A stretch of 42,648 nucleotides of DNA from contig ML002316.1 of the NCBI GenBank assembly GCA_003614675.1, positions 1-42,648 of the forward strand, read 5' to 3'. The notes below the pieces were generated by a model. That model had not been told where the DNA came from. It made no database searches and saw nothing but the letters and a program-made list of their open reading frames with translations. Made by a program: the position numbers and the translations under genes. Below are positions 13,597 to 26,464 of this stretch, in pieces (the first letter of the stretch is position 1; every line of letters begins with the position of its first letter). Source of the DNA: Dimargaris cristalligena. Taxonomy: Eukaryota.

Positions 13597-14352
13597 AGTG
13601 GGGGGGGGTCTGCCGGGGTTTGAAGGAAGAGCTACTATTAAAATAGAGCAATAAGCGACGAGAAGGGTAGTCACAAACGTGTCTAGATGACCTGGAGTAG
13701 GGGAGCAGGGGGGGGGAACGTGGGTAGCAAAAGAAAACGAAGGAAAAGGAACGGATAGAGTGAGAAAGCAAACCCCTTTCCTCTTCACAAGCATCAGTAA
13801 GAAAGAGAGTACACGGTTGGGTACAACAACGGCGTCCGCAGCGCTGGTCTCCCCTTTGGTTGGTCCACAGCGCCACATCCCAGCTCTCCGCGTGCGTGTA
13901 CTATATAATATACCTAGTTGATAATAGTACTATATGCCACCGATCTCCTCTTCTCTCTATAGCCCGCATTATCGCCGAATGGGGCGGGTTTTTTTTCGTC
14001 CTCGTCATCATAAGTAAGGAAGGGCGGGTTGGGTGTGTAGCATATAGGCGAAACTGAGTCGGGTGGCGGGTTGTTGGATATAATAAATAACCAACCCAAC
14101 CCAACCTAACTCACCCTGTTCCACCCACACCCTCTTTTCCCCGCCTGGCCGTGTTTTTTTTCTCCTTCCCTGTATGCAGTGAGTTGGCCCTTCTTGCCTA
14201 TCTATCTATTCGTTCGTCTGTTTAGTCGACTGTATTTCCTATCTTGCTTTCACTTCTTTATTTCGCTTGGCATTGCCTTCCTTGATCCGCACACATACAC
14301 GCTCTCTCCTGTCTCGCATATATCCTATTCCCATATATCTTCCACCGTCACA

Positions 14353-14904
14353 ATGTACCTCGCTGGTCTATCTACTCATGCCCGTTTGGCTTCAGCCTCC
14401 GCCAACCGCGCTCTGCTCCGGCCCTCGCTGGGCCTCCGTGCCATGAGCTCCAAGGTCCAGGGCGCCGTGATCGGTATTGATCTGGGCACCACCAACTCCT
14501 GTGTCTCCATCATGGAGGGCAAGACCCCCAAGGTCATTGAGAACTCCGAGGGTGGCCGTACCACCCCCTCCGTGGTCGCCTTCACCAAGGACGGCGAGCT
14601 TCTGGTTGGTCTGCCCGCCAAGCGCCAGGCCGTGGTCAACCCCGAGAACACCCTGTTCGCCACCAAGCGTCTGATCGGTCGCAAATTCACCGACGCCGAG
14701 GTCCAGACCGATATCAAGCAGGTGCCCTACAAGATCGTCGGCCACTCCAACGGCGACGCCTGGGTGGAATCCCGCGGTAAGAAGTACTCCCCCAGTCAGG
14801 TGGGTGGCTTCGTCGTCAACAAAATGAAGGAGACCGCCGAGGCTTACCTGGGCAAGCCCGTCAAGAACGCCGTCATTACCGTGCCCGCTTACTTCAACGA
14901 CTCC

Positions 14905-14945
<41 letters not shown>

Positions 14946-16392
14946 CAACGTCCTGCGTGTCATCAACGAGCCCACCGCCGCTGCCCTGGCCTACGGTCTG
15001 GACAAGGTCGGTGACAAGGTCGTCGCCGTCTACGATTTGGGTGGTGGTACCTTCGATATCAGTATTCTGGAGATCCAGAAGGGCGTCTTCGAGGTCAAGA
15101 GTACCAACGGTGACACCCATCTCGGTGGTGAAGATTTCGATATTGCCCTGGTCCGTCACATCGTCGAGGAGTTCAAGAAGGAGTCGAGCATCGATCTGAA
15201 CAACGACCGCATGGCCATCCAGCGTATCCGTGAGGCCGCTGAAAAAGCCAAGATCGAGTTGTCCTCCACTCTGCAGACCGATATCAACCTGCCCTACATT
15301 ACCGCCGACGCCACTGGCCCCAAGCACATCAACCTGAAGATGTCCCGCTCCAAGTACGAGGCCCTGACTGCTTCCCTGATTGAGCGCACCGTCCAGCCCT
15401 GCAAGAAGGCCCTGAAAGATGCCCAGGTTAACCCCAGCGAAATCAACGAAGTCATCCTGGTCGGTGGTATGAGCCGTATGCCCCGTGTGATCGACTTGGT
15501 CAAGTCCACCTTCGGTCGCGACCCCACCAAGAGCGTCAACCCCGACGAAGCTGTTGCCATCGGTGCCGCCATTCAGGGTGGTGTCCTGGCCGGTGAGGTC
15601 ACTGACATTCTGCTGCTCGATGTCACTCCCCTGTCCCTTGGTATCGAAACCCTCGGCGGTGTCTTCACCCGTCTGATCAACCGTAATACTACCATCCCCA
15701 CCAAGAAATCCCAGGTCTTCTCCACCGCCGCTGACGGTCAGACCGCCGTGGAGATCAAGGTCTTCCAGGGTGAGCGCGAGCTGTGCCGCGACAACAAGAT
15801 CCTGGGCAACTTCCAGCTCATCGGTATCCCCCCCGCTCCCAAGGGTGTGCCCCAGATTGAGGTTACCTTTGACATTGACGCCGACGGTATCGTCAACGTT
15901 GGTGCCAAGGACCAGGCCACCGGTAAGGACCAGTCCATCACCATTGCCGCATCCTCCGGTCTAAGCAGCGACGAGATTGAGACCATGATCCAGCAGGCTG
16001 AGGAACATGCCGAAGCCGACAAGGCCCGCAAGGAGACCATCGAGGCCACCAACCACGCCACCTCCGTCGTGGCTGATACCGAAAAGGCCATGGGTGAGTT
16101 CAAGGACCAGATCGATGCCACCGAGGCCAAGACCATCAACGACCTCATCGCCGAACTGCGCTCCACTCTGGCTAAGGTCGAGAGCGGCGAAGTCCAGCTG
16201 ACTTCCGAGGAGATCAAGGCCAAGGCCGGTGAGATCCAACAGAAGAGCCTCAAGCTGTTCGAATTGGCCTACAAGGCCCGTGCTGCCGCCAACTCCGGTA
16301 ACAACAACTCTTCTGACTCTTCTAACTCTTCTTCCAGCTCCTCGTCTGATGCCAAGGAGACTGAGTACCGCGACCCCAACAAGAAGGAGTAA
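14353..16392 (+). CDS. SSC1: Mitochondrial Hsp70 (Ssc1/mortalin), 679 aa, intronless
   Basis: Arg/Ser/Leu-rich presequence [33 protein letters not shown], then [52 protein letters not shown]. No cytosolic EEVD or ER HDEL end. Strong C-ending codon bias. Confidence 0.97.
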
Positions 16393-16742
16393 ATAGTTTT
16401 GCTTGTTCCCTCTATGTTCTTCAACTCACATATACCCCCCCTCCCACACACACATACACACCCCTCCTCTTTTTATGTCATCATATCTGCCCCCTTCCTC
16501 CTCGGGCTGTAATGTGCACTTTAAAATAATTACATTACACCCCCCCCTTATTTACCCACACCCTTTTATCAGTCATTTGTGTTTTAATCTTCTGACCAGC
16601 TGGTAAGTGACAAATTAAAAATAAACCAATTTTGTTACACCTATTTCTTTCAAGAATGTCTGTATATAACAATGGCAACATGAAGACTCTGTTTCGGGTA
16701 TATAATGGTTTTGGATGCGATGATGGTGCCTTAAATATTATC

Positions 16743-16886
16743 ATATGGGAGTAGTTCAGCAAGGCTGTGTAACGAAAAATCCATTTGATAAGGCAAATAC
16801 TACTGGTTGAAAATAAACATCCCACCGATTTTCCCATACACATATCAGTTAAACCCTTATACAGCCAAGCTGAACTTCACCCATAT
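16743..16886. mobile_element. MITE-like element with terminal inverted repeats, copy 2 (144 bp)
   Basis: Left ATATGGGAGTAGTTCAGCAAGGCTGTGTAA versus reverse complement of the right end ATATGGGTGAAGTTCAGCTTGGCTGTATAA. Same length as, and co-linear with, 1751-1894. Confidence 0.75.
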
Positions 16887-19258
16887 TGTTCCGTATTTCG
16901 CGCGCGTCGTACTACCAGATGAAGGGTTGACAGCTGCGTTTCGCAATTAGTGTATTGCCTACCTAATACTACCAGTTTTAGTTCAATTGGTGTAACTAAT
17001 CACTAGGGGAGTTGTAGTATGGCCACTTAAATGGGATGACTTGATCAGCCCTTTCTGTTGCCCCTATTTCTCCCAACTATTATGGTACAAATCGATTAGT
17101 TCTAGTATACTAGGCATTTCTGGCTTGCAAGGTTAGATATACTATGGTTGTTTTTGAATAAAATATACATTGTAGATAATTGATTATTAGAGAGTGTCGT
17201 TTCCCGGGTCTCTCATTCCCATTCGATTGCCGCATCATTCTAGTAAATCCTGATTTCTGGTTGGCTAATGCCATAAATTCATTAAGCCGCCGAGAAGCCT
17301 TCATCATGCTTCTTGCGGGGGAGGGGTTCTTTCCAGATCCAATTCATATAGCCAACCCTATATTGATATATATTACTATATCTCATTATAGCGGCTATTG
17401 AAAGAACTTGCGGTTATCAAGACCAAGCATTTACATCCTCTTCCCCCCGCTTCATGGATTGACAGTATCTTTGGTGGTACTCATTTTATGTTCTTATAAA
17501 ATCGCAATGGGGATGAGAGTACGCAGTACAATGAGAGGAGGGGGTAGAGCACTTTCCATTATTATTGCATGATGGATGGCTTCAGCCTTTTCCTTCCAGG
17601 TGCACGCCCATCATCCACCCATTCGCTGATTCATGTTTATCCATGGTGACTTTAAATAGTGACATTGAGCTCAGAGCCCATTTTGAAAATCCCGATCCAT
17701 TCCTAATATCCACACTTATTGTTAGTAGGCCGATTAGATTACGCCCCTTCAAATCTCGATGTGTGAATAGATCCTTATACTTACTACCCCATTAAATCAA
17801 TTATAATTGCGGGGGTCGGGAAGACTATACGATGCTGTATTATGTAAACAGGGTATATATCCTACCCGTTTTTCAATCATCCAGGGACTTGATTCCACTA
17901 ATACGGACCAACTGGGAAACAACCGCATTTCCTTTTACGTTGTCAAGGGCCGCCCCGTTTATTAGAGTGAAGGCTGTGTGAAAAACGGTCTCTAGAAATC
18001 TCGGCGGAGCTTCCAACCTCGGTCCCTTTCACACAACCCTGCACCCACTTATATTTCTCCGCAAGTCCATCCACACCACCCCTCCCCCTCCCAAAAAAAA
18101 ATGGTGGCGGAGCCCCCCCCTCCATTCTATTGTCCTCCAACCCGCCTTTCCGCCAACTTTAGATTCCGCTTTTTTATTATATGCTAATTGAGTGCGATGG
18201 TTCGAGAAAAAGCAGCTTCCGTTGGAGTGAAAAAGAGACCCAGGTTATTCTAATATACGGTATACTTCACCTATTCCCCGGTCCGTTCATTCATCATAGC
18301 GGCTTTATCCACTAAACGCGCTTGTCCGTCGAGTTAAGTCAGATAGATGGATTAGGTATATATAAGGTCTAGGTTGCCCCGAGGCCTCCTGGTCTATTTT
18401 CCCTACTCTATTGTTGTCAACCGTTTTCCTCTATGCCTACTATTGCAATTATTAAGCAACTTTTCGGTGCTGTTCAATCCGTATAGCAAGTACACTACTA
18501 TATTGGAATATTCCTCATACCTTCCTCGGGTTTACCAAACAACTCGGGCCCAAAACCCCTTTCTCATATATAGCTCCGCTGGCACTGTAATGTACCACTA
18601 CTGTTCGGCGCTGGGGTTTTGCTTCGGCTACATTGGACTATTCTATCGCTGATACTGGTTTTCATGCAACATTGAACCCCCTAACCCCAAAGTTTGTCAG
18701 CGGTACATGTATATATAGCTATTTTTTAAAAAAAAGAGAAAATTGGACCAAGCAAGTGTAAAGAGGTATAGTATTATAAGACCCATAGTGGCGGGAACTT
18801 ATAGAGGGTTCGACGCTCATCTCAGGTTAGAGCGGTGTTACTTTTCCACCAGGAATTAGGCCAATCTCTCCCATTTTCTTTTTATCTATTTCTCCCATGC
18901 ACAGTTCGCCTACTTTCCTTTCCTCCCTTTTCTTTTTATATATTTAAATAGAATACTAGACTGCATTGTTAAAAGTCGGCCATATACAACCACCACATCT
19001 TCCATAAAAACCGGCATTCCTTTCCATTGATACGTTGCCTCCGTCTTATAATTTCCCCGTATTACCCTTATTATCCGTTTGACTCTATACGGCAAAACCC
19101 AATCCTCCCAGCGAGAGGCGACCTTCCCACTCTTACCTCGTGTGTCCTTAGCGAGCGTGAACGACGGGTGTTGGCTATTCGTTGATCTGACACACTCACG
19201 ATAAAACCGCTTGTCGCTTCAGTTGATTTATTTAATTTTTTAGCTGCCAACGCTAATC

Positions 19259-21114
19259 ATGAACGAGTCGACCTCGCCCGAGTCCTACTTTTACTGCATA
19301 TCAGCCAAACCCAAACCAGGTACATTCTCATTTACCGTGCTTTGCCTTTGAGTATATATATATATATATATATATATTAACCGTGTAATAGTCCCGGACG
19401 CGTTCAAATTACGTGATTGTGAATGGAGATGGGGCAACCGTTACCATCGCTAGGCATTAACCCCGACAATAGACTTACCCTGGTAATTGGGAAGGTGCAT
19501 TGCCGGCAACCGGAAGCGATTGCCAGATGCAATTGCAAACCTTCGCCAACGTGCCTTACCGGGCCACAATAGTCATGAACGCGACCCTTTCTCATGAAAG
19601 ATTGTAGTAACAACCGCGACTAACTTACCATCGGATACTGTAAACTCGTGTTTGTATATCCGTGTGTATTGTATATTGACGATGTTTCCACTGGCTAGAT
19701 AAACCCTCTAATGATAGACACTGCCTGTCCGCAGCCCACGACCTTTTATGCCAGTTCAATCTCCTACCACTGTACGATAAATATGTCCGACCTTATAATC
19801 CTAAACCGGAAGAGCTGGGTAAGTTTACCGTATATCTATATGTAAATGGTCTGGTTACCTTCTACGTGTGCGCACGCACATGCGTGCACCAATGATTCAA
19901 TATTTAACATGCTAGTCCACTGTGTTATCGCTTCCGTGGTCTTCGTTCTATATCCATCGCGTGCGGATGCGTTAATGTTCTTTATTTCCCATCGGTGATT
20001 AAATCAGAGGAGGCCCGTAACGGAGTGGCCCCCACAGAGAGCTCGATGATAGGCAATCTCAGCAAAGGTCGACAAATGCAGGAGACCCCCGTGGAGTATA
20101 TTCGGGATCTACCAGGTAATGTCACTACTATTATTATTATTTAACAAAAATTCACGTGGTATCGATCACAATGTGTACCACTGCCTTTTTTTTATTTGGT
20201 GCCAAGCATCACTACTTTGCGGACCCCGTAATTACGCCGGCTCCTTTATGTCGGCGTTTTATATTGTACCGGCCATGATTGGTGGTCGGAATGCGAAAAC
20301 TCTATTAGGTTATTTGTCCACTCTGCCCACGTTTCTTGTTGGGCCTTAGAATAGCCAGTGAACTAATCATGCCAATCTATATCCTGTTTTAATTATACAT
20401 ATCAACCGCTGTTTACTCATCTAGGTACTTCCAATATTACATTCGAGCCCAGTGTTTATCTCCGTGATCTCATCTTCGAACCTCCCAAAGATAGGGTCGC
20501 CATTGAACCCTTTGACACAAGTAACTTGATCGATAATCTGATCCAGCATGCCGGGCCCTCCCATCGGGTACGTTTCGTAATCCTCATTATTGATATAATG
20601 GCCTTGTGATCTATAATGTTTTGCCTTACTGCGCACCCAACCCCAGGGGTTCTTGCACTGTAACAATAATAGATTCTTGGTTTTGCTAATCCCTCCCCTT
20701 CCCTCTTCTCACCCTCCCATACCCTCACATTTTACGTCCAATCTCGTCAATACTTTTTTTTAATGCGGGAAATAGATCCATACCACGTCATTCAGCCACG
20801 ACACGACCAATCCCATGGCCCCCATGGCCAAGCCCACTTTGATTATCAGCCGTTCGTTATTCAATACCGATAACAATCCTAAGCTACCCCAAGACGATCC
20901 CGAAACCGGCAATCTCGGTTTACTTCCCGCCTACCAAGGGTACGATGGCGATCTACCCATCTACGAAGGGGAAGGGTCGGCTGAGCGGAAGCACAAGAAG
21001 AAAAAGAAGAAGCATAAGCACGAGTACGATTACATTGACGAGAATGGCGAGCCAAGGCGTAAAAAGAAGAGGAAAAAGGACAAGGAAACGGGGGAAAGCG
21101 AAGAACACCACTAG
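19259..21114 (+). CDS. MED19: Mediator complex subunit 19 (Med19/Rox3), ~256 aa
   Basis: Exons 19259-19319, 19699-19818, 20008-20115, 20425-20567, 20776-21114 join in frame. Motifs LSAAHDLLCQFNLLPLYDKYVRP, YIRDLPG, YLRDLIFEPPK...IEPFD and a Lys-rich tail KHKKKKKKHKH...RRKKKRKKDK. Confidence 0.88.
19353..19377. repeat. (TA)n microsatellite in MED19 intron 1
   Basis: Run of about 12 TA units. Confidence 0.9.
19381..19634 (+). ncRNA. Candidate intronic structured RNA (possibly H/ACA snoRNA-like) in MED19 intron 1
   Basis: Nested helices covering most of ~250 nt (listed in findings). ACAATA (H-box pattern) at 19466-19471 and ACA at 19566-19568 flank an 85-nt hairpin. Confidence 0.5.
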
Positions 21115-22144
21115 ACTTTTTTTTAGTCTCATTGGCTGTTTTTTTTTTCTTCTGTGATCTTCACCCCAATATATATATACATATATATGTGTGTATGTGT
21201 GGCAGATTGTGTGCTTTAAGTCCACCGCCTTCTTTATATACATTGCAAGTGAAATGTTCGAGAATGTATTATTTATTTATATAATTTTTTGATGAAGTAA
21301 ATAAACCGCCTTGGCGGTGAATAAATGATGATTTTTTTTTTTGGAACTAATGATGTAGGTGGTGTAAAATATTGGTGAAATAAACATGCCAATTGGATTT
21401 CGAGGATACCGTAGGTAGTAGAGAGGTACAACCACGGTTTGTGTTATCTACAATGAATTCATCGGTCAAAACCTTTAAATAAAATATACCGCAGGGATAT
21501 GGATACGTATATGTAAAACCAGCCATTTTACCTTAAACCCGAGCAAGCACATGGCCATTAGTAAAGCAGATGTCGAAAATCAAGTGGGGCGGTAGAATTC
21601 ATATAGGAATATTAGCTGTGCCACTATCTTGTAATAGTGTCACAAAGTCAGCTAGAAGATACTGGCATATTTATGTGTAGTGGGTTTTCAGCACCCGGTA
21701 CCAAATTATAATTAGACTAACTGAATATATACCTGGCCTACAATAAACCAAAGATATCACCCCGACTAGCATGTATCCTTTAAGCTGATATTTGATATGT
21801 CAGTGTAGCCATTGCAGCCAGCTAATTCAATAATGTCCATCCAAAGAAACAAAGGCATTCTTTCACAGCCCCGCCATTATCCATATTGCCACGGTGACAT
21901 TATCATGTGTATATGGAATCATTAAGTCCAGCTGGCTTTTAACCTATGCTATTTTCTAAAAAAAATAATGAATTAAACAATTGGCATGATTTATTAAATA
22001 AATAGACATCACAATATAAAAAGAATGTTATATCCTTATATGTATAATTTCTTATATATACATATTTGATGGTGACAATAATGTAAGAAATGATTTCATT
22101 TAACCCACACCTTAGCAGGGGCCTCCTAGTTTGTTTGTTGTTGA

Positions 22145-22366
22145 TTAACTGGAGGCTGGGATGTCGACCTGACCCCGGTCAGCCTCAATGAGTTTGTACC
22201 GGGGATCATGGATGGGGTAATCCCTCAGGATAAAGGAGGGATACCTAAAGTCACCCCCAGCAGGGTGACTATATGGAATAGTTCCCTACATTACTGCAGA
22301 GGATGGCAAGTATGTATTTATACTGGCAGTCCAAGGGTTGGCGAAAATGGTGTTTTTTCTTGCCAT
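22145..22366 (-). pseudogene. Small 73-codon ORF interrupted by one in-frame TAG
   Basis: TATAAATA near 22515-22522 (- strand), CT-rich leader, CACAATGG start context: MARKNTIFANPWTASINTYLPSSAVM*GTIPYSHPAGGDFRYPSFILRDYPIHDPRYKLIEADRGQVDIPASS. No recognised homology. Confidence 0.3.
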
Positions 22367-24060
22367 TGTGAAAGAGAGGAGGAGGAGGAGAGAGAGAGAG
22401 GGAAAGAAGGGTGGTGGAGTTAGGATGAGAGAAATGCGGGAAGCAAGTGATGGAGGTATAAAGCTTGTCTGGTATTTGTTGTTAATTGGATTCTTGGGGT
22501 AGCATTCACTTGCCTATTTATAGTCGACTGGTAATTTTATCCATCAGATGCAATGTAAGTGGAACCTATCTATCTCTTCAAAGTGGACTACATTCATATG
22601 GCTATTCCGGTAATACTATTGGGGAGACAATGCCCTAATCAGTGATGTATATTAGGAATTGGCCAAGGAATGACAACCATACCCTGACACCCCCTTTGGC
22701 ATCTTTGCAAATGGCTTCATGTATGACTGTTGTAATAAAACAAAACCTACCATACAATAACTATTGGATTTGGGTTAGGCACAACCAATGGGTGTTATGG
22801 CCCAAGGCACTCTTCCTGCGGCACCTGGTCCTGAGATAGGGTTATGTCCGGGGTTTTGGACTGGATGCTTCTACATTATAAGATTTTTTCATGGCAATAA
22901 TGCAGAAAAGCACCCTGAACAACCTGGCCTGTTTTCATCTAATGATGATCAGTCCAGCCATTTCTGCCGGACCTTTCATTGCTAACCGCTGTATACCTTA
23001 CCTTATTTGGGAAAATGAGTCCGCCTGTCGGCCATGGTAACGAATTGCTGGCGACACCCGTTAAGCCCTACTGGACCTGCTTAAATCATCGATCAAATGA
23101 TCGCCGCCTGGCCATAGCCAAATAAAGGGGCCCTAATAGGAAATGTGACGCTTCTTGCCTTTTGGTGGTGGATTAGAGCACAATAGACAGACGGGCCAGG
23201 AATTGCTAATGACTGTTCAAGTTACAATCAGGATAGGTCGTGTTAATTAAAATCACTGGTGGTTTAATTTGGCACCAGCGGGCATTGAAGAAGGGAATGG
23301 TTAGCCTCAATTAATTGTCCGCCGTCTAGTGGTTGTGACATAATTTCCTAAATGTGACAGTAAGCTGGGATCCTGGAGTGTAATCTTTGCACCACTGCAG
23401 TCGCCATGATTCTTCAGGATATCGCTAATTTTTTTCGATCACAGGTTAATATTGGTGGATTGCTTTAGCTGGGCAGGAATCCCCATCCTTTGTTGTATCA
23501 TGGCTTGGTCATCTTCCCGGATAGTGGGCTGCTTATGAGACTAACTGTTGAGTAACAGGCGACCATATACCTGATAATTGGGTCTAAATCCCCGAGATGG
23601 TACATTTAATGGCACTGGTATAAAATACCATTACAGGTCGCCGACATGGTATGTGTACGGTTAAATGGGGGGCATATTTCTATTTCAATCAGTAATACCT
23701 GGCATCTCAATCGGACCTTTCGCTACATAGCCTAATCAGCCTACCACATATCACAGACTAGTAAAAGTCGTATCAGCAAATGGATTTCTATGGAATTTCC
23801 ACCAGGTCGACGTGGTAGTCCCGGTCTAGACCAGGCATTAAGCAATTGGGTACTGAACTGACCTGAGCAGCGGTTTATTAATGACAAACTGCTTGTTGAA
23901 ATAGTTAAGGTCACTATATCCAATAATACATGTCACCAAAACCATACTACCTATTCATTGATTATATTCAGTGTCGTTTATATTTATCCCAGATGGGCCA
24001 GGCTAGAAGTAAAATAATGCTCCGAATCAAAATATGTGTACCAATCTAGCCTGGTTTACA

Positions 24061-25397
24061 TTACGGGCGATATTTAGCCAAAGTTTCCCGGAAACCATGT
24101 CCGTTCTGAATATCCCGTTGACACTGGGCTTCAATGGGCTGGCACCGCTTGCATAAATCGACGACGGCCTCCAACTGATCCTGCGGAATCCGTACCACAC
24201 CATTTAAATCGGCCACCAGGATATCCCCATTGGTAACCCACATGGGTATGCCCATATCCCCTTGCACCAGTATGCGGGGCGAAGAAATGGCGGGGTTAAA
24301 GGCGGATACGACTCGTCCCCCGGTTCCGACACAGGACTGACCCTTGGCAAAAACCTGTACAGGTAAGGTATATTGGGGAGGGCGGGTGATTGCCGGTGGC
24401 CCCATCCAATGAATCGAACATGTTAGTTACAGGTGCAACTAAAAAAAATAATCTACAATACATAGGGGGTGATAGTATAATGAAAGCCTGCCTATCCCTC
24501 ATAGACGCTTCCGGAAATTTCGGAAGATATGGTGGGAAGGGGGAGGGCAGTCAAAAAATAAATATATATAGAACCAAGTAAACCTACCGGGAATCCCATT
24601 TCTTGCAATTCATCCAGGTCGCGAATACGCCCATTAACTACTATGCCACTGGCCCCAAGCACTTGGGCACGAGTGGCTAGTAGTCCACCCACTACCGCAT
24701 TGGTGCAATCCGAGGGAGCAGTGATGAACAAAACGGAGCCGGATGGCACTTGGTCGACAAAATGAACCGAAGATTTGGGGGTCGGTGGGGGATTTTCGGA
24801 GTCTACTTTAACCATCTACTAGATTTCAGTTCCGAAACAGTAGTAGTGATGGCAAAGGTGATGGTGATAATTTCGATACTCGTAACAAATAGTGGTGAAT
24901 TGTTTACGAGGTGATGAGATGATCGATAGATAGATGCAGAGATCGGTACAGTGGAGGGGTGTATTTTTATATTATTAAACTATTGACAATTGATGTTTGA
25001 CTGACCTTGACGGTAAAAGCAGGACCAATAATTTTGACGGTTGGATCAAGCCATTGGGGGGAGTACATGGAAATGTCGGGTATAAACCCTAGGACGCTGA
25101 GCTTCTGGAGGGCGTCGGCCACCTGGAGTGGGGGGGGGGGGATATTCAGCATAGACAGACCAAAGGGGTGTGCAATATATACAGCTTCTTCTTGGAGTTA
25201 GACCAGCAACAGTATGAGGAAGTTGTTATTTATAGCCGACTCGAGGCACCCGGGACTCACTCGGAAGAAACGGAGCCCCGGCGTGGGCCAGTAGGCCTAG
25301 TGGAGCCGTGGGTGAAGTTGAGTCGCAAGGGTAGGAGGAGCCTTACGTCACAAGCGGTAAAGGAGTCGAGCTCAGCGAGTAACTCGGCGGTGCTCAT
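24061..25397 (-). CDS. RraA-like / 4-hydroxy-4-methyl-2-oxoglutarate aldolase family protein, 229 aa
   Basis: Exons 25397-25347, 25122-25006, 24815-24588, 24354-24061, all phase 0: FTACDVADAL, IIGPAFTVK, NAVVGGLLATRAQVLGASGIVVNGRIRDLDEL, FPVFAKG, VTNGDILVADLNGVVRIP. Confidence 0.92.
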
Positions 25398-26464
25398 TTC
25401 TACGGAGAGTAGGCGGAGGTGCCCAAATAGTGGAGTAATAGGGAGAGGGGCAGTATATAAAAGAGGAGAGCGATATAGTGGAAGGTTTCCTTGGGAGCCG
25501 TCGGCTTGGAAATAGCAGTGGTTAGAGGAGAAGGGGAAAGATAGAAGGAGGAGAGGCGGTGGTATGGGGTGCCCCTGTCATTCTCCTTAATACGCGCGTT
25601 CTTTGCCAGCCAACGCAGCAGCGGTTTAACCTTGCCGTGCTGGTGAATAAGAGACAGAAAGGCTGATGAGATGATATTAACTCACCTTCCTACGACTCCT
25701 TTTGGCCCCGTATTCCAGAAACTGGCGCATTCACGTGAGACCCTCTCGCCCAAGCAATGGGACCGCGACAACGACGGGGAAGGTAATAATCCAGTAGTAG
25801 TGGTCAGGTAAAAAACCCCAATGATTGATTAAATTAAAAGGGCAATCCTTGCTTGGTCTATTATATATCTCCACTCCAACATTAACCGACGTGGCTGCAG
25901 CCTTGAAGTATTTCGCGTGGTTGACTGACTGCACGAAGCTATTGCTTGTTGGTGCTGTTGTTGTTGTTAATGAACACACCATGTGTCTAGGGGGGAGACG
26001 TTGGGCAAAAATGCCTGGTGGTGGTAGATTAATGCGAGAGAGGTGAAGAAAAGCAACTCCAAGGAAATATAGAGGGAAAGAAGGAAAAAGGAGGATGGTT
26101 TCCGCCTAGAGTAATCCCCGAAGCAACCGGCACACACTACTCTCTCCTTCGCCCTTCACTCTTAGACTCGCCACAATAGCCGTTTTTTCCACACCACCTA
26201 ACAACCCCGAGGCAGGAAGGCACTACTATACTATACTAAACTGTCACAGTATCTATCTCCTCCCCCTCCTCCTCGTTTCACCTGTGGTCCTGGTATTATA
26301 AAAACCCACCCCCGAGACACCTCGTCCCAGAACGAAGAAAGAAGCCCAAAGCCACATACACTATAACCTCTTCTACTTCTACTTCCTCCTCTTCTATTCC
26401 CGTATAGTCCGCCCCACGTCGAAGACTCTCTCTCGCTCTCTCTTCGTCCTTTAAGTGCCGTAAC

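Noticed and set aside
14179-14352. N-terminal extension of the HSP70 ORF in the track
   Set aside because: Starts at GTG in a pyrimidine-rich leader; the mitochondrial presequence begins at ATG 14353.
14392-15327. 311-aa antisense ORF and other ORFs overlapping HSP70
   Set aside because: Shadow frames produced by strong codon bias; long antisense ORFs opposite Hsp70 genes are a known artefact.
19387-19624. RNase P/MRP, group I intron or telomerase identity for the MED19 intron structure
   Set aside because: AGTCCCGG, GACTA/TAGTC and TAACCC half-matches exist, but their order and partner elements (P3, CR-V, P/Q, a 1.5-repeat template) do not fit.
21773-21781. GTATCCTTT U12-type donor consensus
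   Set aside because: Not at the end of any identifiable exon; all introns called here are U2-type.
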